Positions 59,401 to 64,000 of a stretch of 64,000 nt of DNA are shown here, one piece after another. The position numbers and the translations under genes are program-made. How positions within the stretch are numbered: position 1 is the first letter of the stretch; every line of letters begins with the position of its first letter. The stretch is taken from the IMG/VR virus record IMGVR_UViG_3300010938_000950, positions 1 through 64,000 of that record. One strand, written 5' to 3'. The notes beneath the pieces are model-generated. The model had not been told where the DNA came from. It saw only the letters and a program-made list of their open reading frames with translations, and did not search any database.

Positions 59401-60427
59401 GGTTTCTGTACAATCGTTCTCTCCAAATACTAATGGTTTGAGTCCAGACGGATACACTGGGGCCATTGTAGATGGTAAAATGGGTGTAAGCATAGATTTT
59501 GAAACCGGATTACTTACCTTAAACTTCACGAATTTGTATCAGGACGCTACTTTGCGTACTTTAAGTACAAAAGTACAGGTACATGTATTCTTGAAAAAAG
59601 GTGGATTTAATAACGAACCATTATTCGTAAATGCCACTAAAGTACAAAATATGCTCAGTCTAATAAGTGTATTTAGTGGTGCTAATGACGGCGGCCCATC
59701 TGCTTTGGTAGATTTAGGTAACGATGTGACTGGTATTTTACCAATTTTGAATGGTGGTACTGGTCTTAATGATGTCGGGCCATTTGGCACCGTTCTTACG
59801 AGTAATGGAAGTGGATTAAGTTATCAATTCGTTAATACATTACTTAATGTTATTCCATTCTCCACTGGTATTCCAGATGCTGATAAAGTACCAAAATTAG
59901 ATGGTTATGGATTCTTAGACCCAAGTTTTATGTACAAACAACCGATGTACATACCTATAGTTTCTGGTACATACTCTAATGATGGTTATACTCCAGCCGC
60001 AATCGGTGCCTGCATATTTAGATTTGATAGTTTCATATTAGAAGGTCTTGATTCTATCAAACTAGAATGCATTTTAGAAACAACTAACGTAGCTAGTGCG
60101 GCCGTAATTAGATTATATAATGTTAATACTAACAGCTACATATTACTAAATGGCATAAGCCCAACACTAACTACAAATAATGTTCAAGCAACTTATGTGG
60201 TTTCTCAAGACTTGAAATCACTGCTTTCTGCTGGTGCTACTAATTGGATTTATGAAGTTCATTTGAATGCCGATCCGGGTGGCAGCCTTGATACTGCTAT
60301 TTGTAAAATGGCTAGATTGGTTATGACTTATAATAATTTGACCTTGAACGGATCATCGGAAATAGCTCCTCCATTAGCTCATAGTTATAACTTTGTACCA
60401 TTCTTACCAAGCCCGACACCATCATAA
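56402..60427 (+). CDS. Large baseplate/fibre-attachment virion protein with two dockerin-like Ca-binding loops
   Basis: 1341 aa, last gene of structural block; GDVDGNGIIDENDLALL and ADINGDFAITTADGYLL; eight DGY motifs. Confidence 0.65.
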   Translation: MTKRAPVSIQRPIWYDAQQVDETDLSSEQTANDTIDAAIINNHVGDGVLPENLVARVLFDSSQAIGFLDGLPIQTQNQPSDNNFGNQLSISLTGSKASGHRTIKIGIIGLDFQSNLQFETFYFKKNETQTSRKHFTQILVLLFNDFIGDPQLSFNLGGRIIISEALPMTVSRDVVMIAQDQQPNLFFRDFFLDPSVNTVSVEGMLQNALPLYNIDSLNILSSPVDLLPILSGDVTTQIGQKFQATTNSVQKITLLLAVRNQVAGQQNNLVWNGDIVVSIYPLQTSIDCPTDFLPNLPIDFSPSNIPIAQISYNYNSLQDAGIVLDSVPQPVDFVFSNSPIAGGNVMVPGQYYALAIKRSGSANQCDILVATGQNLIDNSRITTFTGTLWVDIPDQDLWFVVWTDAAKISDGQAYDQGHGVTIPKTTLDPTTQSTIDNVFGAKQFVGNDVFRAVLQAVTDVSDPVPDQRTGNPVDSRQQYVPQVTLMNTIDIVNLEKTSEPLILGAISDKNIKFFDTSQQIINSTLYSATMVRDEIVIRVVDDPTDTVRFDLAVSGLATSLLNGDLVGAIVRPDSAAPFTAYRIADAKLCSMILGDVDGNGIIDENDLALLNTFVGYNMNVGLPLHTNIVTDGYSTVVQNGYQTLTQPFANLFGISFQLLNPNDGYVVASASDGVLVANPNDPSLAQFTSATIQFNTIVGLSSYKLVILDSGSMEADWGAWNIVALDSSLDVLTIQKIYLTGDVFAQMMRADINGDFAITTADGYLLNSYIDRLPSTAIPPATYPAPSTNPYTKIGTRFNVIRLRVEKLVDRTDDYTANPADRADTVHPPQDIFIGDGYFASHDFYASPIQISFTKQLIWDPSLVVTTAHPKLVPSVFTSENGVVHNVCEIEGIQCNVYPVPQTFDPGKVDFFVPNNLIIGDGELQRPDGYYYKVDFEVGTIVLEIPDGLFGSERTIDIMNDFIADYTGNGATRLGFPSMRFADCSYVQRDALAKDQIRFSVSVQSFSPNTNGLSPDGYTGAIVDGKMGVSIDFETGLLTLNFTNLYQDATLRTLSTKVQVHVFLKKGGFNNEPLFVNATKVQNMLSLISVFSGANDGGPSALVDLGNDVTGILPILNGGTGLNDVGPFGTVLTSNGSGLSYQFVNTLLNVIPFSTGIPDADKVPKLDGYGFLDPSFMYKQPMYIPIVSGTYSNDGYTPAAIGACIFRFDSFILEGLDSIKLECILETTNVASAAVIRLYNVNTNSYILLNGISPTLTTNNVQATYVVSQDLKSLLSAGATNWIYEVHLNADPGGSLDTAICKMARLVMTYNNLTLNGSSEIAPPLAHSYNFVPFLPSPTPS

Positions 60428-60440
60428 TGTGCGGAACCCC

Positions 60441-60468
60441 TTGACATCCTAATTTTTTGAACTAGGTT
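60441..60468 (+). promoter_or_regulatory. Candidate sigma70-type promoter
   Basis: Perfect TTGACA, 16-nt spacer, TAGGTT, in the gap after the structural block. Confidence 0.45.
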
Positions 60469-60510
60469 GCTCCTCATGTAAAGGAGCGGACTATCCGCAG
60501 AATTTAGGAA

Positions 60511-61206
60511 ATGAAAAGAATAAAATTATGGAAAATTTTCCATCTACCCTCTCCTAAGGAGTTAGGTTGGTCAAAAGGCAATGCTCTTCCAGTAGCATTG
60601 TTCAAGCAACCTAATGATAACACTCCAACTTGGGAAGACTGGGACGCAAAGATGCGACAAGAATATCCAGTTAGATATTTCTTTGCAGAAACATTACCAT
60701 TCTGGTTCAAAAATCAGATTCAAAGACGCATCAAAGATACGATATATTTTATCAAATGTCATGTGCTTCCGAGCCATCGTTATCATATGTTAGATTTGAG
60801 ACAGCCCAAGAAAAAAGGTGAATACAGCTATCGCTGGGGCTGGTTAGATTCTGATAGCAAAATTGTTTATGCTTTGTTTAATATTCTAAATACTTTCGTA
60901 AGGGATGAGCTGCCCGATATGCACTGTCCAAGCGAAGAAGAAGTGCAAGCAAATCCATATTTGCTCTCTCAGCGTAATAATTATTTGGAAATAAAAGCAA
61001 TTCATTATTGGTGGAATGTAGAACGAGTTCGTCAAAGTCAAGCGCATGATGAGATGTTAACAAAGTGGGCTGAGGCTAAACGCACCAATGATCCAAATGA
61101 ACATCAGCTTTGGGGCGATTTGCAGAAAATAGAAGCGGAAGCAGAAGCAAAAGAAGAAGAAATGATTATAAGACTTATCAAAATCCGTCGTTCACTTTGG
61201 ACTTGA
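60511..61206 (+). CDS. Hypothetical protein (Trp-rich, charged)
   Basis: 231 aa ORF, AGGA SD. Confidence 0.75.
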   Translation: MKRIKLWKIFHLPSPKELGWSKGNALPVALFKQPNDNTPTWEDWDAKMRQEYPVRYFFAETLPFWFKNQIQRRIKDTIYFIKCHVLPSHRYHMLDLRQPKKKGEYSYRWGWLDSDSKIVYALFNILNTFVRDELPDMHCPSEEEVQANPYLLSQRNNYLEIKAIHYWWNVERVRQSQAHDEMLTKWAEAKRTNDPNEHQLWGDLQKIEAEAEAKEEEMIIRLIKIRRSLWT

Positions 61207-61219
61207 TATAGATGGGTTC

Positions 61220-62365
61220 ATGAAAGTATGTTGGTTCGGTTTTCTCGCTAAAAATCATAGCTGGTCCATTGTTGCACAAAATTTATCTAGGGAGTTTATT
61301 AAACTCGGACATCAGGTAGATTTATTCTCCACAAATGGTTTACAACATTTTCCTGAAGATTTGAAACCATATTTAAAAGGGACCGTGACCGAAGAAGAGG
61401 GTGTTACTCCCGATCAATATTATGAAAAGGTAGCTTCCAAGCTCGATGCATCGTACGACATGCAAATGTCATACACGGCTCTACGTAATTTTTGTAATTA
61501 TTTTGTGAGGGGTAATAGAAACAGATTTGGCATTTGGAATTATGAAACTACCAAATTACCAACTGCTTTTTCTAAGTATGCAAAGTGTGTAGATTTAGTT
61601 TTGCCATCTTCTCAGTTTTCTAAAAAGGTGTTTACTAGTAATGGAATGTCTCCCGAAGTACAAGTGGTAGTTCCACATGGTATACATCTAGAAAGATTTG
61701 CCAATCTGGGTAAATACCCACTTAAAACTACCAAAAAATATAAGATTTTGGTTAATATTGCACAGCCTCATTTACGTAAAAATATTCCCGGATTACTGAA
61801 AGCCTTTGGTAAAGCTTTTACTAAAGAAGATGATGTATGTTTAGTTTTAAAAGTATCACGTAAAAGTGCCAACAATAACCTTATGGCATTTGATGTATCA
61901 TTTAATGATATCTATTCGCGCTGGCAAAAAGAATATCCTAAACATGCAGAAGTTGAAATCATTGACAAATTTATTGTAGATATTGAATCTCTCTACAATG
62001 CTTGCGATATCGTATTCACGATGACACACGCCGAATGTTTTTGGATGCCGGGCTTAGAGGGGTTTGCTGCTAATAAAATTGTGATTGCCCCTAGATATGG
62101 CGGCCAATTAGATTATATGAATGATGATAACTCAATTCTTATAGATGGTAAAATTATTAGAGCTGATATGAGAATGCAATATTGGGAACCGTCACCATAT
62201 GCAGAAGTTTTTGATCCTGATACAGATCAGGCGGCTGCTAAGCTTAAAGATGTAATTGCTAATTACGATGATTATTTGAAGAAGTTTTCTCCGGGTATGC
62301 AAGAAATGGCTCATAAATTTACTTGGGAAAATGCTGCAAAACAAATTATAGGACTGTGCAAATGA
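61220..62365 (+). CDS. Glycosyltransferase family 4 (GT-B)
   Basis: VVPHGI, RKNIPGLLKAF, LYNACDIVF...ECFWMPGLEGFA (variant ExxxxxxxE motif), GGQLDYM. Confidence 0.9.
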   Translation: MKVCWFGFLAKNHSWSIVAQNLSREFIKLGHQVDLFSTNGLQHFPEDLKPYLKGTVTEEEGVTPDQYYEKVASKLDASYDMQMSYTALRNFCNYFVRGNRNRFGIWNYETTKLPTAFSKYAKCVDLVLPSSQFSKKVFTSNGMSPEVQVVVPHGIHLERFANLGKYPLKTTKKYKILVNIAQPHLRKNIPGLLKAFGKAFTKEDDVCLVLKVSRKSANNNLMAFDVSFNDIYSRWQKEYPKHAEVEIIDKFIVDIESLYNACDIVFTMTHAECFWMPGLEGFAANKIVIAPRYGGQLDYMNDDNSILIDGKIIRADMRMQYWEPSPYAEVFDPDTDQAAAKLKDVIANYDDYLKKFSPGMQEMAHKFTWENAAKQIIGLCK

Positions 62366-63054
62366 CAACTCTCAGTATTGTTATCCCGGTTTTTAACAAA
62401 TGGAATTTTACCAAATCCTGTCTAAATGATCTTGCACAACTACCAAAAGATCATCAAATTATTGTTATTGATAATGCCAGTACTGATGGTACGAGCATCG
62501 AACTTGATAAGCTGATCAAAGAATTATCATCTAAATATCCAGAGCGCGCAGAAATTGGCTATGTTGTGAATGATACGAATACTTTCCATTCCAAAGCGTG
62601 TAATCAAGGTGCCCAATTAGCACAAGGCGATTATATTTTGTTTTTGAACAATGATATCAGAGTTCGAAGTAATCATGCTAATTGGACAAAAACTATTATT
62701 GATGCTTGCGAATCTACCAATGGTCTTGTCGGTCCTACCATGGGTCTTTTAGACAAAAACCTTAATTTTGTTAAAGAGGCAAACGAACAATTAACTGGTA
62801 ATTCTTATTTGGGCGGCTGGTGTATTGCTGCCAAAAAAGATGTATGGCATAAGGTTGGGTTTTGGAATGAAGAATTCCCATTTTACTTTAACGATACCGA
62901 TCTAAGTTTTCGTGCCCGCCAGAAACAGATTCCAATTACTGTTGTACATTTACCAGATATCACGCATTTTGGTAAAATCTCAGCACAACAGATTAACATT
63001 CCGAAATTGTACCAAGAAGGACGAAACGTCTTTCTTAAGAAATGGAGTAAATGA
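62362..63054 (+). CDS. Glycosyltransferase family 2 (GT-A)
   Basis: LSIVIPVFN, IIVIDNASTDGT, ACNQGA...GDYILFLNNDI, NDTDLSFR; ATG 62362 overlaps GT4 stop (ATGA). Confidence 0.92.
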   Translation: MTTLSIVIPVFNKWNFTKSCLNDLAQLPKDHQIIVIDNASTDGTSIELDKLIKELSSKYPERAEIGYVVNDTNTFHSKACNQGAQLAQGDYILFLNNDIRVRSNHANWTKTIIDACESTNGLVGPTMGLLDKNLNFVKEANEQLTGNSYLGGWCIAAKKDVWHKVGFWNEEFPFYFNDTDLSFRARQKQIPITVVHLPDITHFGKISAQQINIPKLYQEGRNVFLKKWSK

Positions 63055-63056
63055 TC

Positions 63057-63896
63057 ATGCCGGAAGGCCCTGAAGTTAAGTTAAGTGCCGATTTAATCAG
63101 ACCATTAGTAATTAATAGATCCATTATTAGTTTGGGAGTTACTGACAATAGTAGATACGCCAATTCTCCACCCGAAGGAATGAAGGCTTTTATAGATGCT
63201 ATTAGCTCTTCACCTAGCCCAACAACTGTTACTGAAGTGGAAGTTAGGGGCAAGTTTATGTACTGGGCCTTTAGTAATGGTTGGTATTTAATGAATTCTT
63301 TTGGTATGAGCGGGCAATGGTCTCCTAAAGAAGGAAAGCATCCTTGTTTCTTTTTAACCTTTGCCACACAACACGGACATGAGGACCAAATATATTTTAA
63401 TGACCCGCGTCATTTCGGAACAATAAAGTTTACAAATTCTGAAAAAGAACTCAACAAAAAACTTGATGAATTAGGTTGGGATCCGTTATCGATGCCACTT
63501 GACAAAAGTTTGCGGTGGCTTACATTTCAACTTTCCAAATCTAAAAAACCTATTGCAGAAGTTTTAATGGATCAATCACTTTTTTCTGGCGTAGGAAACT
63601 ATATCAGGGCCGAAGCGTTATATGCATGTAAGCTTTCTCCATGGAAAATTGCGAATCAGCTTTCCAAGGATCAAGTTGAATCGTTATGCATCGCTATTGT
63701 TGATGTGATGCAAGAATCATATCAACATCAGGGCGCCACCATTCATACTTATAAAACAGTGTATGGTGAAGAGGGGAATTACTCAACTAAGTTTAAAGTA
63801 TATGGCCAAAAACAAGATCCTTTAGGTCATAAAATTGTGAAACAGCAGACAGCAGATAAGCGAACGATTCACTGGTGTCCTGATATTCAATTATAA
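63057..63896 (+). CDS. nei: Fpg/Nei family DNA glycosylase/AP lyase, Nei-like, zincless finger
   Basis: MPEGPEV (catalytic Pro2 requires ATG 63057; GGAG SD 9 nt upstream), RGK, FGMSG, H2TH LMDQSLFSGVGNYIRAE. Confidence 0.92.
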   Translation: MPEGPEVKLSADLIRPLVINRSIISLGVTDNSRYANSPPEGMKAFIDAISSSPSPTTVTEVEVRGKFMYWAFSNGWYLMNSFGMSGQWSPKEGKHPCFFLTFATQHGHEDQIYFNDPRHFGTIKFTNSEKELNKKLDELGWDPLSMPLDKSLRWLTFQLSKSKKPIAEVLMDQSLFSGVGNYIRAEALYACKLSPWKIANQLSKDQVESLCIAIVDVMQESYQHQGATIHTYKTVYGEEGNYSTKFKVYGQKQDPLGHKIVKQQTADKRTIHWCPDIQL

Positions 63897-63905
63897 GGTG
63901 TTATT

Positions 63906-64000
63906 ATGTCTCCTACTTTGGTAAAAATTCTCGTTGCTGTTGGTGCTGTACTTACTCTCGGCACCTTAATTTTTATTATCTATAGTGTGCAACAAATCAA
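63906..64000 (+). CDS. Membrane-anchored protein, 3'-truncated by window
   Basis: MSPTLVKILVAVGAVLTLGTLIFIIYSVQQI..., AAGGTG SD, open to window end. Confidence 0.7.
   Translation, partial: MSPTLVKILVAVGAVLTLGTLIFIIYSVQQI

Larger units (their letters stand above)
1..64000 (+). mobile_element. Segment of a large contractile-tailed phage genome (tail/baseplate morphogenesis region)
   Basis: Sheath-tube-chaperone(frameshift)-tape measure-hub-spike-gp25-J gene order; dense co-oriented genes with ATGA/GTGA overlaps; no host housekeeping genes. Confidence 0.92.

Noticed and set aside
7090-59790. Many antisense or alternate-frame ORFs in the track (e.g. 7666..8127, 10668..11333, 21867..22358, 31296..31715)
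   Set aside because: Shadows of long Gly/Thr/Ser-rich + strand genes, with no SD or recognisable motifs
25450-60427. Chromosomal tailocin or extracellular contractile injection system rather than phage
   Set aside because: G/GT frameshift chaperone, neck-like genes, no eCIS AAA+ ATPase seen, and phage-type accessory genes; cannot be fully excluded because capsid genes are outside the window
1-64000. Stop-codon reassignment (none of the called genes ends in TAG)
   Set aside because: ORFs up to 2383 aa are uninterrupted under the standard code, so TAG is not read as sense; zero TAG among about 45 genes is compatible with AT-rich bias

Overview
AT-rich, gene-dense, almost entirely + strand segment of a large contractile-tailed (myovirus-like, probably jumbo) phage genome, standard genetic code. 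1-6.5 kb: three tandem paralogs of an unknown family, a TIM-barrel hydrolase-like gene, patatin, HNH, cold-shock protein and a small minus-strand operon. 6.6-25 kb: fibre, neck and tail-completion genes interrupted by ParB-like, 2H-phosphoesterase and HExxH genes. 25-60.4 kb: sheath, tube, chaperone with a -1 frameshift, tape measure and very large baseplate proteins. 60.5-64 kb: GT4 and GT2 glycosyltransferases and a zincless Nei glycosylase. Capsid, portal and terminase are not recognisable in the window. No tRNA, rRNA or CRISPR seen. The most unexpected signal is a strongly over-represented Asp-Gly-Tyr (DGY) motif, seen only in predicted structural proteins (mostly outer virion parts), next to the two glycosyltransferases. 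All product calls come from motif recognition by eye, not database searches.
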